Shown: piece after piece, positions 40,906 to 55,900 of the stretch
How positions within the stretch are numbered: the stretch's first letter is position 1
How the letters are laid out: the number at the start of each line of letters is the position of its first letter
Assembly: GCA_964016885.1 (NCBI GenBank)
Contig: OZ024742.1
Location: 356,934,001-356,998,000, forward strand
Direction: 5' to 3'
DNA: 64,000 bases
Source of the DNA: Eledone cirrhosa
Taxonomy: Eukaryota
Notes under the pieces: model-generated
Told to the model about the DNA's origin: nothing
Databases searched by the model: none
What the model saw: the letters and a program-made list of their open reading frames with translations, nothing else
Program-made: the position numbers and the translations under genes

Positions 40906-43900
40906 GTGTACTGAGTACTTTTAGTTGTGACACCTACACGACCACTTTACAGTGTGGACTGGGTACTTTTACTTGTTACACATACATGACCACTTTACAG
41001 TGTGGACTGAGTACTTTTAGTTGTGACACTTACATGACCACTTTACAGTGTGGACTAATTACATTTAGTTGTGACTCCTACATGACCACTTTACAGTGTG
41101 GACTGAGTACTGTTAGTTGTGACACCTACTTGACCACTTTACAGTGTGGACTAAGTATTTTGGTTGTGACACTTACGTGACCACTTTACAGTGTGGACTG
41201 AGTAATTTTAGTTGTGACACTTACATGACCACTTTAGAGTGTGGACTGAATACTTTTAGTTGTGATAACTACATGACCACTTTACAGTGTGGACAGGGTA
41301 CTTTTAGTTGTGACACCTACATGACCACTTTACAGTGTGGACTGAATAATTTTAGTTGTGATACCTACATGACCGCTTTACAGTGTGGGCTCAGTACATT
41401 TAGTTGTGACACTTACGTGACCACTTTACAGTGTGGACTGAGTACATTTAGTTGTGACAGTTACATGACCACTTTACAGTGTGGACTGAGTACTTTACGT
41501 TGTGACACCTACATGACCACTTTACAGTGTGGACTAAGTACTTTTAGTTGTGACGCTTACATGACAACTTTACAGTGTGGACTGAGTACTTTTAGTTGTG
41601 ACACCTACATGACCACTTTACAGTGTGGACTAAGTACTTTTAGTTGTGACACTTACATGACCACTTTACAGTGTGGACTGAGTACTTTTAGATGTGACAC
41701 CTACATGACCACTTTACAGTGTGGACTGAGTACTTTTAGATGTGACACCTACATGACCACTTTACAGTGTGGACTGAGTACTTTTAGTTGTGATACTTAC
41801 ATGACCACTTTACAGTGTGGACAAAGTAATTTTAGTTGGGACACTTACATGTCCAGTTTACAGTGTGGGCTGGGTACTTTTAGTTGTGACACCTACATGA
41901 TCACTTTACAGTGTGGACTGAGTACTTTTAGTTCTGACACTTACATGACCACGTTACAGTGTGGCCTGAGTACTTTTAGTTGTGACACTTACCTGACCAC
42001 TTTACAGTGTGGACTGAGTACATTTAGTTGTGATACTTACATGACCACTTTACAGTGTGGACTGAGTACTTTTAGTTGTGACACTTACATGACCACTTTA
42101 TAGTGTGGACTGAGTACTTTTAGTTGTGACACCTACATGACCACTTTACAGAGTGGACAGTACTTTTAGTTGTGAAACCTACATGACCACTTTACAGTGT
42201 GGGCTGAGTACTTTTAGTTGTGACACTTACATGACAACTTTACAGTGTTCACTGAGTACTTTCATTTGTGACACTTACATGACCAATTTACAGTGTGGAC
42301 TGAGTACTTTTAGTTGTTATACCTGCATGAGCACTTTACAGTGTGGACTGAGTACTTTTAGTTGTGACATCTACATGACCACTTTACAGTGTGGACTGAG
42401 TAATTTTAGTTGTGACACCTACATGACCACTTTACAGTGTGGAATAAGTACTTTTAGTTGTGACACCTACATGACCACTTTACAGTGTGGACTAAGTACT
42501 TTTAGTCGTTACACTTACATGACCACTTTACAGTGTGGACTGAGTACTTTTAGATGTGAAACATACATGACCACATTACAGAGTGGACTGTGTACTTTTA
42601 GTTGTGACACTTACATGGTCACTTTACAGAGTGGACTGAGTACTTTTAGTTGTGACACCTACATGACCACTTTACAGTGTTGACAGAGCACTTTTAGTTG
42701 TGACACTTACATGACCACTTTACAGTGTGGACTGAGTACTTTTATTTGTGACACTTCCATGAACACTTTACAGTGTGGACTAAGTACTTTTAGTTGTGAC
42801 ACTTATATGACCACTTTACAGTGTGGACTGAGTACTTTTAGTTGTGACACCTACATGACAACTTTACAGTGTGGACTGAGTACTTTTAGTTGTGACACCT
42901 ACATGACCACTTTATAGTCTGGACTAAGTACATTTAGTTGTGACACTTACATGAACACTTTACAGTGTGGACTGAGTACTTTTAGTTGTGAGACTTACAT
43001 GACCACTTTACAGTGTGGACTGAGTACATTTAGTTGTGACACTTACATGATCAGTTTACAGTGTGGACTAAGTACTTTTAGTTGTGAGACCTACATGACC
43101 ACTTTCCAGTGTGGGGTGAGTACTTTTAGTTGTGACATCTACATGACCACTTTGCAGTGTGGACTGAGAACTTTTACTTGTGACACTTACATGACCACTT
43201 TACAGTGTGGAGAGTACTTTTAGTTGTGACACCTACATGACCACTTTACAGAGTTGACTGAGTACTTTTAGTTGTGACACCTACATGATCACTTTACAGT
43301 TTGGTCTGAGTACCTTAATTGTGACGCTTACATGACCACTTTATAGTGTGGACTGAGTACTTTTGATTGTGACACCTATATGATCATTTTACAGTGTGGA
43401 CTGAGTAATTTTAGTTGTGACACTTACATGATCACTTTACAGTGTGGACTGAGTACTTTTAGTTGTGACACTTACATGACCACTTTACAGTGTGGACTGA
43501 TTACTTTTAGCTGTGACACTTACATGACCACTTTACAGTGTGAACTAAGTACTTTTAGTTGTGACACTTACATGACCACTTTACAGTGTGGACTGAGTAC
43601 TTTTAGTTGTGACACTTACATGACCACTTTACAGTTTGGACTGAGTACTTTTAGTTGTGACACTTACATGACCACTTTACAGTGTGGACGAAGTAATTTT
43701 AGTTGTGAGAACTACATGACTACTTTACAGAGTGGACTTAGTACTTTTAGTTGTGACACCTACATGACCACTTTACAGTGTGGTCTGAGTACTTTTAGTT
43801 GTGACACTTACATGACCACTTTACAGTGTAGACTGAGTACTTTTAGTTGTGATACTTACATGACCACTTTACAGAGTGTACTGAGTACTTTTAGTTGTGA

Positions 43901-46900
43901 CACGTACATGTCCAACTTGCAGTGTGGACTGAGAACTTTTACGTGTGACACCTACATGACCTCTTTACAGTGTGGACTGAGTACTTTTAGTTGTGATACT
44001 TACATGACCAATTTACAGAGTGGACTGAGTACTTTTAGTTGTGACACTTACATGACCACTTTACAGTGTTGAGTGAGTACTTTTAGTTGTTAGACTTACA
44101 TGACCACATTACAGTGTTGAGTGAGTACTTTTAGTTGTGACACCTACATGACCACTTTACAGTGTGGTCTAAGTACTTTTAGTTGTGACACTTACATGAC
44201 CAATTTACAGTGTTGAGTGAGTACTTTTAGTTGTGACACCTACATGACCACTTTACAGTGTGGACTGAGTACTTTTAGTTGTGACACCTACATGACCACT
44301 TTACACTGTGGACTGAATACTTTTAGTCGTGACACTTACATGACTACTCTACAGTGTGGACTGAGTACTTTTAGATGTGACACTTACATGACCACTTTAC
44401 AGTGTGGACTGAGAACTTTTAGTTGTGACACTTACATGACTACTTTACAGTGTAGACTGAGTACTTTTAGTTGTGAAATTTACATGACCATTTTACATTG
44501 TGGAGTGAGTACTTTTAATTGTGATACTTACATGACTACGTTACAGTGTAGACTGAGTACTTTTAGTTGTGACACTTACATGACCACTTTACAGTGTGGA
44601 CTAAGTACTTTTAGTTGTGACATCTACATGACCACTTTACATTGTGTACTAAGTACTTTTAGTTGTGACACTTACATGACCACTTTACAGAGTGGACTAA
44701 GTACTTTTAGTAGTGACACTTAATATGACCACTTTATAGTGTGGGCTGAGTACTTTTAGTTGTGACACTTACATGACCACTTTACAGTGTGGACTGAGTA
44801 CTTCTAGTTGCGACACTTACATGACCACTTTACAGTGTGGACTGAGTATTTTTAGTTGTGACACTTACATGACCACTTTTCAGAGTGGACTGAGTACTTT
44901 TAGTTGTGACACCTACATGTCCAACTTGCAGTGTGGACTGAGTATTTTTACTTGTGACACCTACATGACCTCTTTACAGTGTGGACTACGTACTTTTAGT
45001 TGTGACACTTACGTGACCACTTTATAGTGTGGACTGAGTACTTTTAGTTGTGACACTTACATGAACACTTTACAGTGTGGACTGAGTACTTTTAGTTCTG
45101 AAACTTACATGACCACTTTACAGTGTGTACTGAGAACTTTTAGTTGTGACACTTACATGACCACTTCACAGTGTGGACTGAGTACTTTTAGTTGCGACAC
45201 TTACATGACCACTTTACAGTGTGGACTGAGTACTTTTAATTGTGACACTTACATGACTACTCTACAGTGTGGACTGAGTACTTTTAGTTGTGAGACCTAC
45301 ATGACCACGTTACAGTGTGGACTGAGTATTTTAGTTGTGTCACCTACATGACCACTTTACAGTGTGAACTGAAAACTTTTGGTTGTGACACCTACATGAC
45401 TACTTTGCAGTGTGGACTGAGTACTTTTAGTTGTGACACCTACAGGACCACTTTACAGTGTGGACTGAGTATTTTAGTTGTGACACCTACATGACCAGTT
45501 TACAGAGTGGACTGAGTACTTTTAGTTGTGACACCTACACGACCAGTTTACAGTGTGGACTGGGTACTTTTACTTGTGACACATACATGACCAGTTTACA
45601 GAGTGGACTGAGTACTTTTAGTTGTGACACCTACACGACCAGTTTACAGTGTGGACTGGGTACTTTTACTTGTGACACTTACATGACCACTTTACAGTGT
45701 GGACTAATTACATTTAGTTGTGACTCCTACATGACCACTTTACAGTGTGGACTGATTACTGTTAGTTGTGACACCTACTTCACCACTTTACAGTGTGGAC
45801 TGAGTACTTTTAGTTGTGACACTTATATGACCACTTTACAGTGTGGACTGAGTACTTTTAGTTGTGACACCTACATGACAACTTTACAGTGTGGACTGAG
45901 TACTTTTAGTTGTGACACCTACATGACCACTTTATAGTCTGGACTAAGTACATTTAGTTGTGACACTTACATGAACACTTTACAGTGTGGACTGAGTACT
46001 TTTAGTTGTGAGACTTACATGACCACTTTACAGTGTGGACTGAGTACATTTAGTTGTGACACTTACATGATCAGTTTACAGTGTGGACTAAGTACTTTTA
46101 GTTGTGAGACCTACATGACCACTTTCCAGTGTGGGGTGAGTACTTTTAGTTGTGACATCTACATGACCACTTTGCAGTGTGGACTGAGAACTTTTACTTG
46201 TGACACTTACATGACCACTTTACAGTGTGGAGAGTACTTTTAGTTGTGACACCTACATGACCACTTTACAGAGTTGACTGAGTACTTTTAGTTGTGACAC
46301 CTACATGATCACTTTACAGTTTGGTCTGAGTACCTTAATTGTGACGCTTACATGACCACTTTATAGTGTGGACTGAGTACTTTTGATTGTGACACCTATA
46401 TGATCATTTTACAGTGTGGACTGAGTAATTTTAGTTGTGACACTTACATGATCACTTTACAGTGTGGACTGAGTACTTTTAGTTGTGACACTTACATGAC
46501 CACTTTACAGTGTGGACTGATTACTTTTAGCTGTGACACTTACATGACCACTTTACAGTGTGAACTAAGTACTTTTAGTTGTGACACTTACATGACCACT
46601 TTACAGTGTGGACTGAGTACTTTTAGTTGTGACACTTACATGACCACTTTACAGTGTGGACTGAGTACTTTTAGTTGTGACACTTACATGACCACTTTAC
46701 AGTGTGGACGAAGTAATTTTAGTTGTGAGAACTACATGACTACTTTACAGAGTGGACTTAGTACTTTTAGTTGTGACACCTACATGACCACTTTACAGTG
46801 TGGTCTGAGTACTTTTAGTTGTGACACTTACATGACCACTTTACAGTGTAGACTGAGTACTTTTAGTTGTGATACTTACATGACCACTTTACAGAGTGTA

Positions 46901-49900
46901 CTGAGTACTTTTAGTTGTGACACTTACATGACCACTTTACAGAGTGGACTGAGTACTTTTAGTTGTGACACGTACATGTCCAACTTGCAGTGTGGACTGA
47001 GAACTTTTACGTGTGACACCTACATGACCTCTTTACAGTGTGGACTGAGTACTTTTAGTTGTGATACTTACATGACCAATTTACAGAGTGGACTGAGTAC
47101 TTTTAGTTGTGACACTTACATGACCACTTTACAGTGTTGAGTGAGTACTTTTAGTTGTTAGACTTACATGACCACATTACAGTGTTGAGTGAGTACTTTT
47201 AGTTGTGACACCTACATGACCACTTTACAGTGTGGTCTAAGTACTTTTAGTTGTGACACTTACATGACCAATTTACAGTGTTGAGTGAGTACTTTTAGTT
47301 GTGACACCTACATGACCACTTTACAGTGTGGACTGAGTACTTTTAGTTGTGACACCTACATGACCACTTTACACTGTGGACTGAATACTTTTAGTCGTGA
47401 CACTTACATGACTACTCTACAGTGTGGACTGAGTACTTTTAGATGTGACACTTACATGACCACTTTACAGTGTGGACTGAGAACTTTTAGTTGTGACACT
47501 TACATGACTACTTTACAGTGTAGACTGAGTACTTTTAGTTGTGAAATTTACATGACCATTTTACATTGTGGAGTGAGTACTTTTAATTGTGATACTTACA
47601 TGACTACGTTACAGTGTAGACTGAGTACTTTTAGTTGTGACACTTACATGACCACTTTACAGTGTGGACTAAGTACTTTTAGTTGTGACATCTACATGAC
47701 CACTTTACATTGTGTACTAAGTACTTTTAGTTGTGACACTTACATGACCACTTTACAGAGTGGACTAAGTACTTTTAGTAGTGACACTTAATATGACCAC
47801 TTTATAGTGTGGGCTGAGTACTTTTAGTTGTGACACTTACATGACCACTTTACAGTGTGGACTGAGTACTTCTAGTTGCGACACTTACATGACCACTTTA
47901 CAGTGTGGACTGAGTATTTTTAGTTGTGACACTTACATGACCACTTTTCAGAGTGGACTGAGTACTTTTAGTTGTGACACCTACATGTCCAACTTGCAGT
48001 GTGGACTGAGTATTTTTACTTGTGACACCTACATGACCTCTTTACAGTGTGGACTACGTACTTTTAGTTGTGACACTTACGTGACCACTTTATAGTGTGG
48101 ACTGAGTACTTTTAGTTGTGACACTTACATGAACACTTTACAGTGTGGACTGAGTACTTTTAGTTCTGACACTTACATGACCACTTTACAGTGTGTACTG
48201 AGAACTTTTAGTTGTGACACTTACATGACCACTTCACAGTGTGGACTGAGTACTTTTAGTTGCGACACTTACATGACCACTTTACAGTGTGGACTGAGTA
48301 CTTTTAATTGTGACACTTACATGACTACTCTACAGTGTGGACTGAGTACTTTTAGTTGTGAGACCTACATGACCACGTTACAGTGTGGACTGAGTATTTT
48401 AGTTGTGTCACCTACATGACCACTTTACAGTGTGAACTGAAAACTTTTGGTTGTGACACCTACATGACTACTTTGCAGTGTGGACTGAGTACTTTTAGTT
48501 GTGACACCTACAGGACCACTTTACAGTGTGGACTGAGTATTTTAGTTGTGACACCTACATGACCAGTTTACAGAGTGGACTGAGTACTTTTAGTTGTGAC
48601 ACCTACACGACCAGTTTACAGTGTGGACTGGGTACTTTTACTTGTGACACATACATGACCAGTTTACAGAGTGGACTGAGTACTTTTAGTTGTGACACCT
48701 ACACGACCAGTTTACAGTGTGGACTGGGTACTTTTACTTGTGACACTTACATGACCACTTTACAGTGTGGACTAATTACATTTAGTTGTGACTCCTACAT
48801 GACCACTTTACAGTGTGGACTGATTACTGTTAGTTGTGACACCTACTTCACCACTTTACAGTGTGGACTGAGTAATTTTAGTTGTGACACTTACATGACC
48901 ACTTTAGAGTGTGGACTGAATACTTTTAGTTGTGATACCTACATGACCGCTTTACAGTGTGGTCTCAGTATTTTAGTTGTGATACTTACATGACCACTTT
49001 ACAGAGTGGACTGAGTACTTTTAGTTGTGACAACTACATGACCACTTTACAGTGTGGACTGAATACTTTTAGTTGTGACACTAACGTGACCACTTTATAG
49101 TGTGGACTGAGTACTTTTAGTTGTGACACTTACATGACCACTTTACAGTGTGGACTGAGTACATTTAGTTGTGACACTTACATGATCAGTTTACAGTGTG
49201 GACTAAGTACTTTTAGTTGTGAGACCTACATGACCACTTTCCAGTGTGGGGTGAGTACTTTTAGTTGTGACATCTACATGACCACTTTGCAGTGTGGACT
49301 GAGAACTTTTACTTGTGACACTTACATGACCACTTTACAGTGTGGAGAGTACTTTTAGTTGTGACACCTACATGACCACTTTACAGAGTTGACTGAGTAC
49401 TTTTAGTTGTGACACCTACATGATCACTTTACAGTTTGGTCTGAGTACCTTAATTGTGACGCTTACATGACCACTTTATAGTGTGGACTGAGTACTTTTG
49501 ATTGTGACACCTATATGATCATTTTACAGTGTGGACTGAGTAATTTTAGTTGTGACACTTACATGATCACTTTACAGTGTGGACTGAGTACTTTTAGTTG
49601 TGACACTTACATGACCACTTTACAGTGTGGACTGATTACTTTTAGCTGTGACACTTACATGACCACTTTACAGTGTGAACTAAGTACTTTTAGTTGTGAC
49701 ACTTACATGACCACTTTACAGTGTGGACTGAGTACTTTTAGTTGTGACACTTACATGACCACTTTACAGTGTGGACTGAGTACTTTTAGTTGTGACACTT
49801 ACATGACCACTTTACAGTGTGGACGAAGTAATTTTAGTTGTGAGAACTACATGACTACTTTACAGAGTGGACTTAGTACTTTTAGTTGTGACACCTACAT

Positions 49901-52900
49901 GACCACTTTACAGTGTGGTCTGAGTACTTTTAGTTGTGACACTTACATGACCACTTTACAGTGTAGACTGAGTACTTTTAGTTGTGATACTTACATGACC
50001 ACTTTACAGAGTGTACTGAGTACTTTTAGTTGTGACACTTACATGACCACTTTACAGAGTGGACTGAGTACTTTTAGTTGTGACACGTACATGTCCAACT
50101 TGCAGTGTGGACTGAGAACTTTTACGTGTGACACCTACATGACCTCTTTACAGTGTGGACTGAGTACTTTTAGTTGTGATACTTACATGACCAATTTACA
50201 GAGTGGACTGAGTACTTTTAGTTGTGACACTTACATGACCACTTTACAGTGTTGAGTGAGTACTTTTAGTTGTTAGACTTACATGACCACATTACAGTGT
50301 TGAGTGAGTACTTTTAGTTGTGACACCTACATGACCACTTTACAGTGTGGTCTAAGTACTTTTAGTTGTGACACTTACATGACCAATTTACAGTGTTGAG
50401 TGAGTACTTTTAGTTGTGACACCTACATGACCACTTTACAGTGTGGACTGAGTACTTTTAGTTGTGACACCTACATGACCACTTTACACTGTGGACTGAA
50501 TACTTTTAGTCGTGACACTTACATGACTACTCTACAGTGTGGACTGAGTACTTTTAGATGTGACACTTACATGACCACTTTACAGTGTGGACTGAGAACT
50601 TTTAGTTGTGACACTTACATGACTACTTTACAGTGTAGACTGAGTACTTTTAGTTGTGAAATTTACATGACCATTTTACATTGTGGAGTGAGTACTTTTA
50701 ATTGTGATACTTACATGACTACGTTACAGTGTAGACTGAGTACTTTTAGTTGTGACACTTACATGACCACTTTACAGTGTGGACTAAGTACTTTTAGTTG
50801 TGACATCTACATGACCACTTTACATTGTGTACTAAGTACTTTTAGTTGTGACACTTACATGACCACTTTACAGAGTGGACTAAGTACTTTTAGTAGTGAC
50901 ACTTAATATGACCACTTTATAGTGTGGGCTGAGTACTTTTAGTTGTGACACTTACATGACCACTTTACAGTGTGGACTGAGTACTTCTAGTTGCGACACT
51001 TACATGACCACTTTACAGTGTGGACTGAGTATTTTTAGTTGTGACACTTACATGACCACTTTTCAGAGTGGACTGAGTACTTTTAGTTGTGACACCTACA
51101 TGTCCAACTTGCAGTGTGGACTGAGTATTTTTACTTGTGACACCTACATGACCTCTTTACAGTGTGGACTACGTACTTTTAGTTGTGACACTTACGTGAC
51201 CACTTTATAGTGTGGACTGAGTACTTTTAGTTGTGACACTTACATGAACACTTTACAGTGTGGACTGAGTACTTTTAGTTCTGACACTTACATGACCACT
51301 TTACAGTGTGTACTGAGAACTTTTAGTTGTGACACTTACATGACCACTTCACAGTGTGGACTGAGTACTTTTAGTTGCGACACTTACATGACCACTTTAC
51401 AGTGTGGACTGAGTACTTTTAATTGTGACACTTACATGACTACTCTACAGTGTGGACTGAGTACTTTTAGTTGTGAGACCTACATGACCACGTTACAGTG
51501 TGGACTGAGTATTTTAGTTGTGTCACCTACATGACCACTTTACAGTGTGAACTGAAAACTTTTGGTTGTGACACCTACATGACTACTTTGCAGTGTGGAC
51601 TGAGTACTTTTAGTTGTGACACCTACAGGACCACTTTACAGTGTGGACTGAGTATTTTAGTTGTGACACCTACATGACCAGTTTACAGAGTGGACTGAGT
51701 ACTTTTAGTTGTGACACCTACACGACCAGTTTACAGTGTGGACTGGGTACTTTTACTTGTGACACATACATGACCAGTTTACAGAGTGGACTGAGTACTT
51801 TTAGTTGTGACACCTACACGACCAGTTTACAGTGTGGACTGGGTACTTTTACTTGTGACACTTACATGACCACTTTACAGTGTGGACTAATTACATTTAG
51901 TTGTGACTCCTACATGACCACTTTACAGTGTGGACTGATTACTGTTAGTTGTGACACCTACTTCACCACTTTACAGTGTGGACTGAGTAATTTTAGTTGT
52001 GACACTTACATGACCACTTTAGAGTGTGGACTGAATACTTTTAGTTGTGATACCTACATGACCGCTTTACAGTGTGGTCTCAGTATTTTAGTTGTGATAC
52101 TTACATGACCACTTTACAGAGTGGACTGAGTACTTTTAGTTGTGACAACTACATGACCACTTTACAGTGTGGACTGAATACTTTTAGTTGTGACACTAAC
52201 GTGACCACTTTATAGTGTGGACTGAGTACTTTTAGTTGTGACACTTACACGACCACTTTACAGTGTGGACTGAGTACTTTTAGTTGTGGCACTTACATGA
52301 CCACTTTACAGTGTGATTGAGTAATTTTAGTTGTGACACCTACATGACCACTTTAAAGTGTGGACTGAGAAATTTTAGTTGTGACACCTACATGACCACT
52401 TTACAGTGTGAACTGAGTACTTTTAACTGTGACACTTACATGACTCCTTTACAGTGTGGACTGAGTACTTTTAGTTGTGAGACCTACATGACCACATTAC
52501 AGTGTGGTCTGAGTACTTTTAGTTGTGACACTTACATGGCCACTTTACAGTGTAGACTGAGTACTTTTAGTTGTGATACTTACATGACCACTTTACAGAG
52601 AGGACTGAGTACTTTTAGTTGTGACACTTACATGACCACTTTTCAGAGTGGACTGAGTACTTTTAGTTGTGACACCTACATGTCCAACTTGCAGTGTGGA
52701 CTGAGTATTTTTACTTGTGACACCTACATGACCTCTTTACAGTGTGGACTACGTACTTTTAGTTGTGATACTTACATGACCACTTTACAGAGTGGACTGA
52801 GTATTTTAGTTGTGACAACTACATGACCACTTTACAGTGTGGACTGAATACTTTTAGTTGTGACACTTACGTGACCACTTTATAGTGTGGACTGAGTACT

Positions 52901-55900
52901 TTTAGTTGTGACACTTACATGAACACTTTACAGTGTGGACTGAGTACTTTTAGTTCTGACACTTACATGACCACTTTGCAGTGTGTACTGAGAACTTTTA
53001 GTTGTGACACATACATGACCACTTTACAGAGTGGACTAAGTACTTTTAGTAGTGACACTTAATATGACCACTTTACAGTGTGGGCTGAGTACTTTTAGTT
53101 GTGACACTTACATGACCACTTCACATTGTGGACTGAGTATTTTTAGTTGTGACACTTACACGACCACTTTACAGTGTGGATTGAGTACTTTTAGTTGTGG
53201 CACTTACATGACCACTTTACAGTGTGATTGAGTAATTTTAGTTGTGACACCTACATGACCTCTTTAAAGTGTGGACTGAGTAATTTTAGTTGTGACACCT
53301 ACATGACCACTTTACAGTGTGGACTGAGTACTTTTAATTGTGACACTTACATGACTACTCTACAGTGTGGACTGAGTACTTTTAGTTGTGAGACCTACAT
53401 GACCACGTTACAGTGTGGACTGAGTATTTTAGTTGTGTCACCTACATGACCACTTTACAGTGTGAACTGAAAACATTTGGTTGTGACACCTACATGACTA
53501 CTTTACAGTGTGGACTGAGTACTTTTAGTTGTGACACCTACAGGACCACTTTACAGTGTGGACTGAGTATTTTAGTTGTGACACCTACATGACCAGTTTA
53601 CAGAGTGGACTGAGTACTTTTAGTTGTGACACCTACACGACCAGTTTACAGTGTGGACTGGGTACTTTTACTTGTGACACTTACATGACCACTTTACAGT
53701 GTGGACTAATTACATTTAGTTGTGACTCCTACATGACCACTTTACAGTGTGGACTGATTACTGTTAGTTGTGACACCTACTTCACCACTTTACAGTGTGG
53801 ACTGAGTAATTTTAGTTGTGACACTTACATGACCACTTTAGAGTGTGGACTGAATACTTTTAGTTGTGATACCTACATGACCGCTTTACAGTGTGGTCTC
53901 AGTATTTTAGTTGTGATACTTACATGACCACTTTACAGAGTGGATTGAGTACTTTTAGTTGTGACAACTACATGACCACTTTACAGTGTGGACTGAATAC
54001 TTTTAGTTGTGACACTAACGTGACCACTTTATAGTGTGGACTGAGTACTTTTAGTTGTGACACTTACATGACCACTTTACAGTGTGGACTAAGTACTTTT
54101 AGTTGTGACACTTACATGACCACTTTACAGGGTAGATTGAGTACTTTTAGTTGTGACACTTACGTGACCACTTTACAGTGTGGACTGAGTACTTTTAGTT
54201 GTGACACTTACATGGCCACTTTACAGTGTAGACTGAGTACTTTTAGTTGTGATACTTACATGACCACTTTACAGAGTGGACTGAGTACTTTTAGTTGTGA
54301 CACTTACATGACCACTTTACAGAGTGGACTGAGTACTTTTACTTGTGACACCTACATGTCCAACTTGCAGTGTGGACTGAGTACTTTTACTTGTGACACC
54401 TACATGGCCTCTTTACAGTGTGGACTGAGTACTTTTAGTTGTGATACTTACATGACCACTTTACAGAGTGGATTGAGTACTTTTAGTTGTGACAACTACA
54501 TGACCACTTTACAGTGTGGACTGAATACTTTTAGTTGTGACACTAACGTGACCACTTTATAGTGTGGACTGAGTACTTTTAGTTGTGACACTTACATGAC
54601 CACTTTACAGTGTGGACTGAGTACTTTTAGTTCTGACACTTACATGACCACATTACAGTGTGGACTGAGAACTTTTAGTTGTGACACATACATGACCACT
54701 TTACAGAGTGGACTAAGTACTTTTAGTAGTGACACTTAATATGACCACTTTACAGTGTGGGCTGAGTACTTTTAGTTGTGACACTTTCATGACCAATTTA
54801 CAGTGTGGAATGAGTATTTTAGTTGCGACACTTACATGACCACTTTACAGTGTGCACTGAGTACTTTTAGTTGTGACACTTACATGACCACTTTAAAGTG
54901 TGGACTGAGTACTTTTAGTTGTGACACCTACATGACCACTTTACAGTGTGGACTGAGTATTTTAGTTGTGACACTTACATGACTACTTTACAGTGTGGAC
55001 TGAGTACTTTTAGTTGTGACACCTACATGGCCACTTTACAGTGTGGACTGAGTACTTTTAGTTGTGATACCTACATGAACACTTTACAGTGTGGACTGAG
55101 TATTTTAGTTGTGACACCTACATGACCAGTTTACAGAGTGTACTGAGTACTTTTAGTTGTGACACCTACACGACCACTTTACAGTGTGGACTGGGTACTT
55201 TTACTTGTTACACATACATGACCACTTTACAGTGTGGACTGAGTACTTTTAGTTGTGACACTTACATGACCACTTTACAGTGTGGACTAATTACATTTAG
55301 TTGTGACTCCTACATGACCACTTTACAGTGTGGACTGAGTACTGTTAGTTGTGACACCTACTTGACCACTTTACAGTGTGGACTAAGTATTTTAGTTGTG
55401 ACACTTACGTGACCACTTTACAGTGTGGAGTGAGTAATTTTAGTTGTGACACTTACATGACCACTTTAGAGTGTGGACTGAATACTTTTAGTTGTGATAA
55501 CTACATGACCACTTTACAGTGTGGACAGGGTACTTTTAGTTGTGACACCTACATGACCACTTTACAGTGTGGACTGAATAATTTTAGTTGTGATACCTAC
55601 ATGACCGCTTTACAGTGTGGGCTCAGTACATTTAGTTGTGACACTTACGTGACCACTTTACAGTGTGGACTGAGTACATTTAGTTGTGACAGTTACATGA
55701 CCACTTTACAGTGTGGACTGAGTACTTTACGTTGTGACACCTACATGACCACTTTACAGTGTGGACTAAGTACTTTTAGTTGTGACGCTTACATGACAAC
55801 TTTACAGTGTGGACTGAGTACTTTTAGTTGTGACACCTACATGACCACTTTACAGTGTGGACTAAGTACTTTTAGTTGTGACACTTACATGACCACTTTA

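Noticed and set aside
41144-42103. Resemblance of the Thr/Cys-rich repeat to insect beta-helical antifreeze proteins, metallothioneins or zinc fingers
   Set aside because: It lacks the Thr-Cys-Thr/Thr-X-Thr ice-binding register in the consensus, Cys-X-Cys clusters and C2H2 spacing. The similarity is compositional only.
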